Below are positions 44,161 to 55,869 of a stretch of DNA of 64,000 bases, piece after piece (within the stretch, counting starts at the first letter, position 1; every line of letters starts with the position of its first letter). The notes below the pieces were generated by a model, which was not told where the DNA came from, ran no database searches, and was given only the letters and a program-made list of their open reading frames with translations. The DNA is from Eledone cirrhosa (taxonomy: Eukaryota). The stretch covers positions 129,952,001 to 130,016,000 of the forward strand of contig OZ024741.1 of the NCBI GenBank assembly GCA_964016885.1, read 5' to 3'. The position numbers and the translations under genes are program-made.

Positions 44161-44655
44161 TAAGGATTCGTTGAAAGCCTCTTTGAAAGACGCTAACATC
44201 TCTGCTGATACATGGGAAAACGTAGCTGCTGATCGTAATAAATGGAGAAAGACTGTATATGAGGGGAAAGTTGCCTTTGAGGCATCTCAAATCACATGCC
44301 AGAAAGTAAAAAGAGATTTGAGGAAGGGCATTACTGTGTCATTTCCAGACAGCGAAGATCCTCCTATGGCGCTGACATGCAGCGTCTGTGCAAGACTGTG
44401 CCTCAGCAAAGCTGGACTCGAAAGTCATCTTCGCAGTTATAAACTGAGGCCAGTGGTTGGCTACCAGGCTGCTGTTGGAGATGCTACTCAACATGCCTGC
44501 CAAGCATGTGGAAGAGAGTGTAGATCAGCAGGCGGACTCAACCGACATGCAAAAGTACATGAACTCCAACCACAACCGGCTACTGCCAGTGAATGTTTTG
44601 GTTGGGAACTCTGTGCAAGACATTCTAGATCATTGGTTGGGCTAAAAAGCAGCAC
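44161..44655 (+). pseudogene. RTE-clade ORF C-terminal fragment with three C2H2-like fingers
   Basis: KDSLKASLK..WENVAADRNKWR, CSVCARLCLSKAGLESHLRS, CQACGRECRSAGGLNRHAKVH, and a degenerate third finger. Confidence 0.75.
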
Positions 44656-44666
44656 CATTAATTGTT

Positions 44667-44724
<58 letters not shown>

Positions 44725-44767
44725 GATATGTATATGTGTGTCTGTGTGTGTATATATATATATATAA

Positions 44768-44958
44768 TTCGGTAGAGGGTTTGACGCCATGCTTGGCAGC
44801 ATAGAGTTACGGCGCTTTTCGATCTGAGTTCAAATCCCGCCGAGGTTAACTTTGCCTTTCATCCATACGGGGGTCGATAAAATAAAGTACCAGTAATGTA
44901 CTGAGTAATTGCTGGCCTTGTGCCAAAAGTAGAAACAATTATTATTATTATTATTATT
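44768..44958 (+). mobile_element. MetaSINE-like SINE with (ATT)n tail
   Basis: Near-identical to 17354-17539. Confidence 0.88.
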
Positions 44959-45711
44959 GTTCTTTGAGTCTCAGTCATTGATGTTGGTTAACTGGAAAGT
45001 TTGTTGAAATGAATATCAAGCCACTACCTGCAGCCTCAGATATTCAGGATGTATCGGAGGGTTCTTGCTGTTCCCAGCAAGCATGCCTTTTCAAGTGTTC
45101 CAAAAAGCGGGGCGGGGCCAATTTTCTTTAACCATTCCTGGAAACTCTTGACTATCGGGACCACTTTGACTTCATGGCAGTTCCAAATCCTTTTTACCTC
45201 CCACTTTAAGTCCTGGTATCGGTTAATTTTCTCCCTCTCCTTCTCTTGCACTCTCGTGTCGAATGGGCAGGCCACATCCACAATCAGGCACGATCTTTTT
45301 TCTTTGTCTACAACCACCAGGTCAGGTCTATTGTGTTCCAGTTTCTTGTCCGTCTGTATCCTAAAATCCCATAGCACCTTCACCTGATCGTTTTCTATCA
45401 CCGACTCTGGCTTATGCTCATACCACTTCTCAGAATGTGGTAAATTGTTTACTTTGCATAGGTGCCAGTGGATCACCCTGCCCATCACATCATGTCTCCA
45501 GCCTTTATAGTGAGTCTGGGCTAGGTGTTTACACTCGGATACAATGTGAGCCACAGTCTCCTCTCTCTCTCCACAGATCCTGCACAGTGGGCTAGCCTCC
45601 TACTTGTAAATATGGTGTTTCAGCCACTTCGTTTTGAGGGCCTGCTCTTGCGCAGCCATTAGCATTCCTTCTGTAGCCTTTTTAAGGTCTCCTCTTCTCA
45701 ACCAGTTCCAT
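44959..45711 (-). mobile_element. R4/Dong-type LINE 3' fragment (CCHC + restriction-like endonuclease)
   Basis: CRIC..ETVAHIVSEC, WDFRIQTD, RPDLVVVDK, DVACP..KY.DL. Confidence 0.88.
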
Positions 45712-46155
45712 GAGGTTAACTTTGCCTTTCATCCTTACTGGGTCGATAAAATAAAGTACCAGTAATGCTCTGGGTAATTGCTGGCCTTGTGCCTAAAGTA
45801 GAAACAATTATTATTATTAACATGGCTTAGTGGTTAGAGCATTGGCCTTGCAATCGAAAGGTTGTGAGTTCAATTCTCAGACCGGGTGATGTGTTGTTTC
45901 CTTGAGCAAGACACATTATTTCACATTGCTCCAGTTTACTCAGCTGTAGAAATGAGATGATAGGGACTGGGGTCCATATCATTCCACTGCAAAGTGGTCG
46001 TGGAGGTGCCACGGCAAAAAAGCACCCAGCACTCACTGTAAATGAGGTTGGTGTTAGGAAGGGCATCCAGCTGTAGAAATCAAGCCAGAATCAGTTCCCG
46101 TCCCACCCTTGCAAGCAGAGAAAAGCGGACGTAAAATGATGATGATGATGATGAT
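45712..46155 (+). mobile_element. SINE pile-up: MetaSINE 3' half (45712-45820), tRNA-head SINE (45822-45950), Ceph-SINE-like part ending (ATG)n
   Basis: Core and tail motifs as above, A/B boxes, AGGAAGGGCATCCAGC motif, and (GAT)n tail. Confidence 0.65.
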
Positions 46156-46206
46156 GGCTGTTAATATTTGCAACGGAAACCCTTGTGCCAAAAGTAGAAA
46201 CAATTA

Positions 46207-47150
46207 TTTGCATTTATCTTGCTTTATGTTTATACGAGTTATCACCAAGTCACAACCAGTGACCTCAAGAGACAACAAGGTCCGCCATGTTCAAGAAAGA
46301 ACATACATATTCACACATGCATCCTTAGTGTTTAGACTTGTGATGTACTTATATTGACAGGATCTTCCTTAGTATATGGGCAGTTCCCATTAGTACTATC
46401 TTTTGTATTTCTCCTATACGCGGGTTTCCTGGGATTTGCGTTAAGTAGTCGTTAGACCCCTTAGGTATCATTCCCAGAGCGCCTACAACCACTGGTATTG
46501 TTTTAGTTCTCAATTTCCACATTTTTCCAATTTCTATCTCCAGGTCCTTATACTTGCTAAATGTTTCAAATGTTTTTATAGATACATTCTTGTCTATTGG
46601 AACAGACATATCAATTAGCAGGCATACCCTCCTTTGAAAGTCCTTCAATATTATATCAGGTCTATTTGCATCTATTTTTCGGTCTGTTTGGATGCTAAAG
46701 TTCCACAAGATTGAGATGTGATCTTTTTCAAGTATGGGAGGTGGTTGATGCTCCCACCAATTCTTTTGATGGGGCAGGTCAAAATGCTTACACATCATCC
46801 AATGTATGTATTGTGCAGCTCTGTCATGCCTGTTTAGGTATTCGGTTGGAGCTATAGGACTGCACATTGAAATTATATGGTCAATGGTCTCTGGTTGTTT
46901 TTTGCATACACGGCATAATGGGCTGCACCCATTTTTTATTATGTTGGCTTGGTAATTTTTTGTTGGCAGACACTAATCTTGTGCCGATATAATCAGTCCT
47001 TCAGTCTCCGATTTCAGTCCAGAGGATGCCAACCACTGATGGGTTAAAGTTTTGTCAACATCAGGATTGTTAGCTCGCTCTGGGTATTTTCCATACAGAG
47101 GCTTTTCTTGCCATTTCTTAGCCAGTTTCTGTAGCAGTTCTTTCTTTGCA
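46207..47150 (-). mobile_element. R4/Dong-type LINE 3' fragment, second family
   Basis: CRVC..ETIDHIISMC, YLNRHD, RPDIILKD, IDMSVP, KYKDLEIEI. Bounded by a SINE tail (46181-46206) and (ATT)n (47151-47177). Confidence 0.9.
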
Positions 47151-47384
47151 GTTATTATTATTATTATTATTATTATTGGCGACCTACGTAGGAAATCGTA
47201 TCATCGTGAGCTCCGCAAAGGTTTGTTATTTCCGTTTGTTAAAAATTGCCATTTATGGAAAATTTTATTGTTAACTGTTTATAAGCACACATACATTGTT
47301 TTCCGAAAAGGACACCCAAAAAGATTGGGGCCTTGTGCCCAAAATTTTAACTTTTATTATTATCCAAAAATTTCTTTGAAAAAA

Positions 47385-49066
47385 ATGGCTAATTCCCCTC
47401 TGCACGAAGCAGCTGAAAGCCTTGCTCACAAAATAACACCTCACACCGACACCACCATTGTAAATGTTACTACGTTTGCCAACACAAAAAAAAATATAAG
47501 CAGTAGCAATATTTTAAATTTGTCTCAGGCAGACATTCATTTCCCGCCATTACCAATGACTGCAGGTGTTAAAGCCTCCACCACCACCACCACCGCGACA
47601 ACCACCACCCTCACCACCACCGCGACAACAGAAACAAAAGAAGAAAAAAATAAATTAACTCGTGATGTCGAAATGAAATCAAGCAAAATGGACTCTTCCG
47701 CACCAAAGACGACTGACGTCACCACCACCACAACTGAAACTAAAATTAAGATTAACATAAATAACGATAGCAACAACAACAACAATGACATTATAAAACC
47801 GACCCTCAGTTTCGCCATCGTAGCAAAACAATTCGAAGCGTTCACACTCGTCCCAAGCTATTGTGGCCAGAGACTCGTAAAGATCAGGGTGACCCACGTT
47901 CCACCGGCCATCGAAATTCCCTGGCTAATAGCGGCTGTCCTCGCCGGCATCGAAGCCAACACGAAAATAATAGCAATAGCAAAAGAAAAGCAGGAAAACT
48001 GGTCCGGATCTGGGATGGAGCTCCTGATCCAAGCGGACCAAAAAAGCATTGAGGAGATCCCAGAGGTAATAGACCTCACTGACGGCAGCCACCTCACGGT
48101 AATTGTCGAGGGCAGAAGACCTAGGTGTGTCGTTTGTGGTGAAGGAACCCACCTAAGGGCTTTCTGCCCTCAGGCTAAAAGGTTGAGGCCACCTCTCCTA
48201 CCCACCCCAGTGACACAACCATCAACACCACCAGTAGCAGAGATGGCAGCAACAACTGTAGCAGCAACAACAGAAGCAACTATAACAGCAACAACCCCAG
48301 CAACAGTAGCAAAACCAACACCACTACCACCACCAGCAAAACGAACACCACCACCACCCAACGCTTCAGAACTAGCACCAGCGCCTACACCATCCAACGC
48401 ACCACAACCAAAACTAACGCCTGTGGAGGATTTTCCACTCCCCGGCCTATCACAACTGGAGACAGATTGTGACGACGAGGAGTGGGAAACGATATCCGGA
48501 AAAAAAAAAGAAACCAAAAAAGAAAAAATTCTCTTCCTTCCCCCTCCAAAAACAAAATACAGAGGGAAACAAATAAACTAAGAAACAAAAAAGTTAGGAC
48601 AGATATGCCACCACCCACACCAGCATCACCAACCCCATCAACCCAAACACCAACACCATCACCATCATTAACTCCAACACCACCATCACCTACACCACAA
48701 AAGTCACCAAAAAGCGAAACAGAAACAAACCCACAACAAACGCAAACAAAACAAAACAACCAAAACGATACACACTACACAGCATTAAATTTGAACAACA
48801 AGCAATTATTACACTACATCCAACACAACACCAGCATCACAGAAAAAGACTACACAACAACCCCAAAATTCACACCACCTCCACACATACAAATCACTCG
48901 CATCACACAGAAAACGTACATGACACTTAAACAAAAATTCCCCAAAGACATCGGAGATTTCCGACAAACACTCTCCAGGAGGATTTATAAGGACATCCTT
49001 CCTGAGGAGGCCACAAGCAGTGAAAAGGATGGAAAAAACGTCCTTCCCCTACGAGAAGTAAGGTAA
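47385..49066 (+). pseudogene. Copy D ORF1, internal deletion and frameshift
   Basis: CVVCGEGTHLRAFC knuckle. LVPSYCGQ motif shared with B. Confidence 0.85.
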
Positions 49067-49100
49067 GTGGTCTTTCCCATCTTTTCCACTCCTTTTCAAC

Positions 49101-52100
49101 ATGACCTCACTCAGAATAGGCAGCATAAATGCGCGTGGCTTGGGGTCGTCATGGAAGCAGGGCCACCTGCTCAACGACGCAGGTCACTAAACATAGATGT
49201 AGTGGCCATCAGCGAGACCAGAATCTCCGAAGCACAGGATTTCGCACCGATCTTCGGCGGCTACGATGTGTACGCATCTCAAAGCCGTCCGGGATCGGGG
49301 GGAGGAGTTGCTGTGCTTTTTCGGAGAGGTTTGTATCTTGCCATACGGGCCATCTTCCTGGACCCAGAAGGTAAGTTGGTGGTGCTGGACGTGACCAGCG
49401 GAGACGGGCAAGCTTTCAGGTTAGTGGCCGTCTATGCCCCGACAGGAGCAGGGCGGCCTGATTTCTTCCGGCGTCTGGAGACCTTTCTTGGAACGTCCCG
49501 CTCTTTAGTGTTAGTGGGCGACTGGAACGGGATCTTAGATGCACGCTGGGATTGTGTGGGATTAGTGGATAGGGAAGGAGGGTGAAAGAGTCTCACCAAT
49601 CTGCTCAGACGTTTTGAACTGTCTGACAGGTACCGAATGGATTTCCCGAATGTACCAATGTGGACTTGGACAAATCGCATAGGGTCATCCAGATCATATC
49701 TAGATAGAGTATTTTGTAGGGAAATAGATAGGTCTAGCATAGGCTGTCCACAATTCAAGATAGTCAGCTACACGGACCACAAATTCGTGATCTGTGTGCT
49801 TGACTTAGATAGGCTTCATAGAGGAGGACCCGGCTACTGGAAGCTAAACGCGTCCTTACCAGCGCGCAAGGCCTACAGAGACCGGATTAGCTAACTAGTT
49901 AAGCTGGCGTTGACGGGGGCCATCGTCAACAACAAGTGGTGGTTTGCTCTGAAAAGAGCAATTAGAATAGAGTCCATTAGGTTTAGTAAGACTTTAGCAA
50001 TAGAGAAAAATAGAGCAGAGGGAGAATTAGAAAATTAGATGAGGCGCTTAGCAAAGGCATCGCGACCGACGTACTTGCGGCGAAATTGGCCCTTGACCAA
50101 TTCTTCAATGCAAAGCACGAAGGCTGCGTTGTCAGAGCTAGGGTGCGTGCTCTCAGACACGAGGGGACGAAAGCCGTTCAATGGGCCCGAGTGGCGGAGG
50201 CGCGTCGTGGCAACAAAGCCACGATCCGGTCTTTGGTGGACCACGACGGGCGCATGCTACTCGATCCCGGGCAAATGTGTGAAGCTTTTCAGCGACACTT
50301 CGCTCAACTGTTCGGGGGCAGTGGCGGGCCGGATCGAGGGATGGACTTTAGTGTCTACCTCGACGGACTGCCGCGGCTTTCGGCCACTGAGGCGGAGTGT
50401 TGCGAAAAGCCGATAACAACCGCTGAAGTACGGGATGCAATGACTAGTTGCACAAGGGGTAAATCGCCTGGTTTGGATGGTCTGCCCTATGAACTTTACG
50501 TACAAATGCCAAACTTGTTCGGAGGCCTCTTGGCGGACGTCTACTGCAACTGGCAACAGAACGGGAGAATTCCCAGCTCTGTGAGCCGAGGAGCGGTGGC
50601 GCTGCTGAGAAAGGATCCGAACAAGGGGGATAACATAGATAATTTTAGGCCCATAACTCTGCTAAATACAGAGTTCAAGATTTTGGCCAAGGTGCTAGCA
50701 AAGAGGTTGGCGCTTGTCGTTGGTGGTCTGGTGGGAGAGGCACAGACATGCGCCATTCCCGACAGATCTATCCACGAGAACCTCCACCTCATGCGATACA
50801 TCGTAGAGAGGGTAGCTAGGGAACCTGGCAAGGGTGGGTCTTTGATCAATTTAGATCAATCGAAAGCCTTCGATAGGGTCGACCTTCGTTACCTAGCGGC
50901 AGTCCTGAGGGCGGTTGGCTTTGGGCCCGTCTTCAGAGGCTGGATCGCTGCCATGCACAGCGACATCTGCTCTGTAGTGAGAGTGAACGGTCACCTTTCG
51001 GAACCGTTCAACATCATGCGCTCGGTCCGCCAAGGATGTCCCCTCTCGTCCCTATTGTACGTATTGACTCTCGAGCCATTACTGCACAAACTGGAGACGT
51101 TGAGGGGTGTCCCGCGCGAACTAGGATGCGGAAGATCCATGTCAGCATATGCGGACGATGTCACCGTAGTGGTGTCGAACGCCAAACACATCGAGGCGAT
51201 CGGCACTACACTAAGAGAATACGAAGCGGTGACAGGAGCAATGATCAACCAGGAAAAGTCAGTGGGCCTGCAGCTCGGCACCTGGAGAGGCAGGTCCATG
51301 CCGTCCAAGAGCGTCGTCGGGCGCTGGACGGACGGACCGGTTAAATTGCTAGGGGTCTGGTTCGGTCCAGACCTCCAGACGGACAAAAACTGGGACGAGG
51401 TGACGAGCAGGGTGGCTTCTCTCACCCAGAAATGGGCCGAGAGGAAGCTATCCCTGAAAGGTCGAGCGGAGGTGGCGAATGCGTACATCGCATCCGTCAT
51501 CTACTACCGCCTGACCGTCGTACCTTGTCCTAAGCCCCGCCTGACTGCGCTGGAGCGTTTGCTCTTTCGCTTCTTGTGGAAGGGACGCGCTCCGATGGTC
51601 AGGCGGTCCATCTGCTGTCAACACCCGCTACGTGGAGGGCTGGGCATGCCGTGGCTGATGATGCGCAGACACGCGCTCAGGCTACGACATCTCCACCTCT
51701 TCCTCGACGGTGATCAGGTGTGGTCGCCGTTTGCTAGACACGTTTTTCCCCAGCTCGTCTCCTTGACGGAACTGCAGTCCTGGGTCAAGCGAAGACCGAG
51801 AGGGAGCGCTTGGAGGCTGGAATGTCTTCAGGCGCTCACAGCCCTCGACCAATCGGGCAATGTGATCGGTGGAAACTCCACCTTGGCGTTCTATAAGGGA
51901 TTAGTGGAGGGGAAGAGCGACGACGTACTTGGAGAAACTCTAGGCGTCGATGAAAATCAACTAGCCAATCTCTTCGGAAGGACTTTCTGGCCGGGGCCTA
52001 TGGACAACTTCCAGAAATCCCTGGCCTGGCAGTGCTACCGAGGAGCTTTGCCAGTTCGGGATAAACTCTACAGGCATGGAGGTGCCGTCAGCCGGGCATG

Positions 52101-52515
52101 TCCGAGATGCGAACAGGGCGACGAAACCGTCCTGCACGCACTCGTCCAGTGTCCGAGCATTACTGACTTGTGGGTTTATGTCGAACACCTGCTGTCACGT
52201 GTAGGACGGATCCAGCTATCAGCTGAGTCCATCGTGAGGATTGCCCCGCCCCCTTCCTTTAGCCGGGAAGGGCAGGCAGTTTTTATCTGTCTGGTGGCCA
52301 TGGCGAAAGAGATAGTATGGTGGACACGTTTGAAAGGGCTGAAGACGAGCACTTACCTCTTCGGTGATGCCCTGATTAACTTTTTCAAATTTCATTTGAA
52401 AAGGAAAATCAGGGTAGAGAGGGAAGTGCTCTCTTCCCAGCATTTTGTTGAAAGATGGGTGAGAGAAGCAAGTATGGCCCGAATGAATGGGCCTTCTCTG
52501 AGTATGTGTCTGTAA
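49101..52515 (+). pseudogene. Copy D ORF2 (APE-RT-CCHC), stops and frameshifts in the first third
   Basis: Near-identical to B ORF2 by eye. Confidence 0.95.
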
Positions 52516-52759
52516 ATTAAAGGTGGAAAACTGGGAGAGGGCACTTGCCCTGGTGGTCAGGGCCACTGTGGTCTTTTAATGGGCTTTCTCCACAAATGTC
52601 CCTCGGAAGTCTCCCCCCTATTGGGGAATTTTTTCTTTGTTATTTTATTTCAACCTCCGTTTTTTTTACACGCAGAAATGCCCATTTGTACCGTCCTGTA
52701 TTGTCCTTTACTGTCCTTAATGTCTACTTTATGTAAACCCTTGTGGTTAATAAAGAAAA

Positions 52760-52796
<37 letters not shown>

Positions 52797-52934
52797 GTCT
52801 TTATTATGTCTTTTTTTTCGTGTAATGGCCATACTCGATTACGAGGGGGCAGCCATCTTGTATGTATGTATGTTGGCATTCTTCTAGGAGAAGGCAACTC
52901 AGGGAACTGGCATAACTCCGATATAAAACCTCAT

Positions 52935-54128
52935 TAGTTTTGCATAGATAATCTTCTTTTCGCTGATCTTTAGCATTATATTGGCATCTGCTGGGCAGCT
53001 AACTTCCACTGTGCATGCATTCTTTTCCCATATCATTATATCTGGTCTGTTACGTTTGCATTTTATTTGGGTTTTGATTGGAACATTCTACCAGTACTCT
53101 TTCATATTATGTATGTATATGTCTTTCACATTGCTGTAACTTTTAATGTGTTTATTGTGGGGGCTATCTTTTCTACGGATTGCATCGTACAGTGTTTTGG
53201 CCACTACATCAGGCTTCATAGGTAGATAGTATCGCAATGACATCTTTGGACAGCTGCTTCTGACATGAGTGACATCTTCGATGTTAATTCTGCAGAGTCT
53301 GCATTTGTTGTCACATATCGATGTTTTGCCTGCATCCCTCTCTCTTTTGTGAATCAGGAATTTTGTGTTGATTTCCTGTTCTTGGATTGAAAAAGCATAT
53401 CATTCAAAGTGGGAGCCAATATAGCGGCTGTCGGACCAAGATAGACTAATTTCATTATGTATTATTACACTCACTCTGGAGTTTCCTGGCAACATATCCA
53501 TGCATGACGTTTTGCTGATAAGTATGCAGTTTTTCATCCATGGATTCACTGCGGTACTGCTGGACAATTTCCCTGGGTGTGGGTTGTTGATTATCATGCC
53601 GGGAGTATCTTTCAAGGATTTCCTTCCCAACTCTCATGATCTTATCTGTCTCATGCAGATAGACTTGCTCAATATATGGGCTCCTGTTTGGAGCTTTGTA
53701 AATGTTGTTAGAGGGATATGATGCGACATTCAAATGCTGTCTGGACTGATGTTAGCCCTCTGCGTCACTGATTATGTTTCAAGTAGACGCGGTCTATGTC
53801 ACTGTTGATGTGGAAGTTTCCGGTATTGTTTAGGATTTTTCGAGTTTTAACGTCAATTGCTCGGATTTCGTTTATCGTCCACTTGAGTATTACAAAAGTT
53901 GGTGTTAGGACAGGCACAGCAAACATATTGTGAGCCACTGCTTTGTTGTGTGCAGAGAGTTCCGATGACCATATTTTTTAAAATCGGGTATAGTATTCCC
54001 TCGTTACGCGTTCCTTATTACAAATACCATTATAGGATATATTCTCATCTATCCCCAGGTATCTGTAGCAGTCCTCGTCAGATATCGGTGAAACATTTAG
54101 GATATTGATAACAATATTTTTAGATTAG
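52935..54128 (-). mobile_element. Degraded R4/Dong-type LINE fragment (RT end, CCHC, RLE)
   Basis: Reverse translation gives KCRLCRINIEDVTH..C, RPDIMIW, VEVSCPAD, and MHGYV. Confidence 0.75.
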
Positions 54129-54211
54129 GTTGTATGTATGTATGTATGTATGTATGTATGTATGTATGTATGTATGTATGTATGTATGTATGTATGTATG
54201 TATGCATGCAT

Positions 54212-54500
54212 GTGTCAGGTCACCAGTTGGTGCTACTGGTAACATGTATCCCAGTACAACCTGTCTCATGGTCGCGTCGTTGGCGACTAAACTGGCAACC
54301 CCACCAAGGTTTCTTGGTGAGGAGGGTGACTTTGGACATCCTGCAGGACTAAAAACAAAACCTGTAAAATGGAAAAGGAGCTCTTAAGAGTCAATGGCCA
54401 TCCATGACTAAAAAGTCACACTCGTTCAGCGCATCGGTAGGGGTTCTCCTACATGGATATAAAGTAGTGGCCGTACTCGAAAACGAGTTGGCAGCCACCA
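54212..54500 (+). mobile_element. Short element with RTE-like 3' stem-loop, flanked by (ATGT)n
   Basis: End GGCCGTACTCGAAAACGAGTTGGCAGCCACC-ATGTATG. Preceded by (ATGT)n at 54130-54205. Confidence 0.55.
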
Positions 54501-54947
54501 TGTATGCATGCATGATCGCATGTAATTATAAATGTATCTATATATGTATGTATGTAGGTAGGAAGGTATGCATGCATAAAAGTATGTACGTATATATGTA
54601 TGTATATATGTATGTAAATATGTATGCATGCATGAATGTGAGAATGTATGTATATTTTTATGCATGCATGCATCCATGCATGTATGTATATATGTATGTA
54701 TGTATTTCTGTATGCATGTGTGTATGTATTATGTATACAGGCATATATGCATATATGTATTACAGTTTCAGAAGCCGGTCTTATTACCCGTGGGAGATCA
54801 CATTTAGTAAGACAAACAACATACGTATATATGTATGCAATATGCCTTTTATGTTCGAATGTGTGCACATCTGCTGTCAGGTTCAAAATCATTTTTGGAC
54901 GAATGCACATGGGCGTGGCCTCTGTTACTGATGTCCTTGAACAAATA

Positions 54948-55035
<88 letters not shown>

Positions 55036-55036
<1 letters not shown>

Positions 55037-55410
55037 AACGGAAAAAATGAAACGAAATTTCATTTCTCACTCTTAGTGCGGCTGTTACTTAAATATAAGT
55101 ATGTATACGTACATACATATATGTATACAGACGTACAATAGTATGTATATATATATATATACATACATGCACACATATATATATGTACGTATAGATTCAC
55201 CGAACATTTATTATAACAAAAAGGGCAACGATGGTTGCTAAACACTGTACGGCTTAATTCGGGATGTTTGTTTACAAACACACCGAGCATTATAATAAAT
55301 GTTCGGTGAATCCATACGTACATATATATATGTGTGCATGTATGTATATATATACATACTACTGTACGTCTGTATACATATATGTATGTACGTATACATA
55401 CTTATAAATA
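55036..55410. repeat. Fold-back copy of the 32107 repeat (arms ~55094-55216 / 55290-55406)
   Basis: GATTCACCGAACATTTATTATAA versus TTATAATAAATGTTCGGTGAATC. Confidence 0.85.
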
Positions 55411-55420
55411 TATATATATA

Positions 55421-55550
55421 TATAAACGTTTTTATATGTATAATAAAGGCAAAACAATGCAGGTATGGACATAGAATAAAGAATGCATTCTTTATTCTAT
55501 GTCCATACCTGCATTGTTTTGGCTTTATTATACATATACAAACGTTTATA
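55421..55550. repeat. 130-bp near-perfect palindrome with no spacer
   Basis: Centre GAATG|CATTC at 55485/55486, 2 mismatches seen. Confidence 0.92.
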
Positions 55551-55588
55551 CCTCATTACACAATGCTTCAAGTGAACTATAACTTCCT

Positions 55589-55670
<82 letters not shown>

Positions 55671-55784
55671 ATATATATATATAGTAATAATAATGAATTG
55701 CAAGACTAATATCCAAAGAGGGCTCGATAAGGGTGAAAGCAGCGATTCTTTGCTTAAACCTTAATCTGTTATTTTAATAAATAA

Positions 55785-55868
<84 letters not shown>

Positions 55869-55869
55869 T

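Larger units (their letters stand above)
47178..52760 (+). mobile_element. Tx1-clade LINE copy D, near full length, (ATT)n on both sides
   Basis: ORF1 from ATG 47385 to 49066 (frameshift ~48500). ORF2 49101-52515 with lesions in the APE part and an open 809-aa RT/C-terminus. Confidence 0.93.

Noticed and set aside
44048-44725. Host C2H2 zinc-finger gene
   Set aside because: The ORF is stitched from a SINE tail, (ATGT)n, an RTE C-terminus and (TG)n.
45822-45895. tRNA gene
   Set aside because: A and B boxes are present but there is no acceptor stem, and it continues into a SINE body.
55700-55790. Another hammerhead
   Set aside because: No CTGANGA box and no convincing stems.
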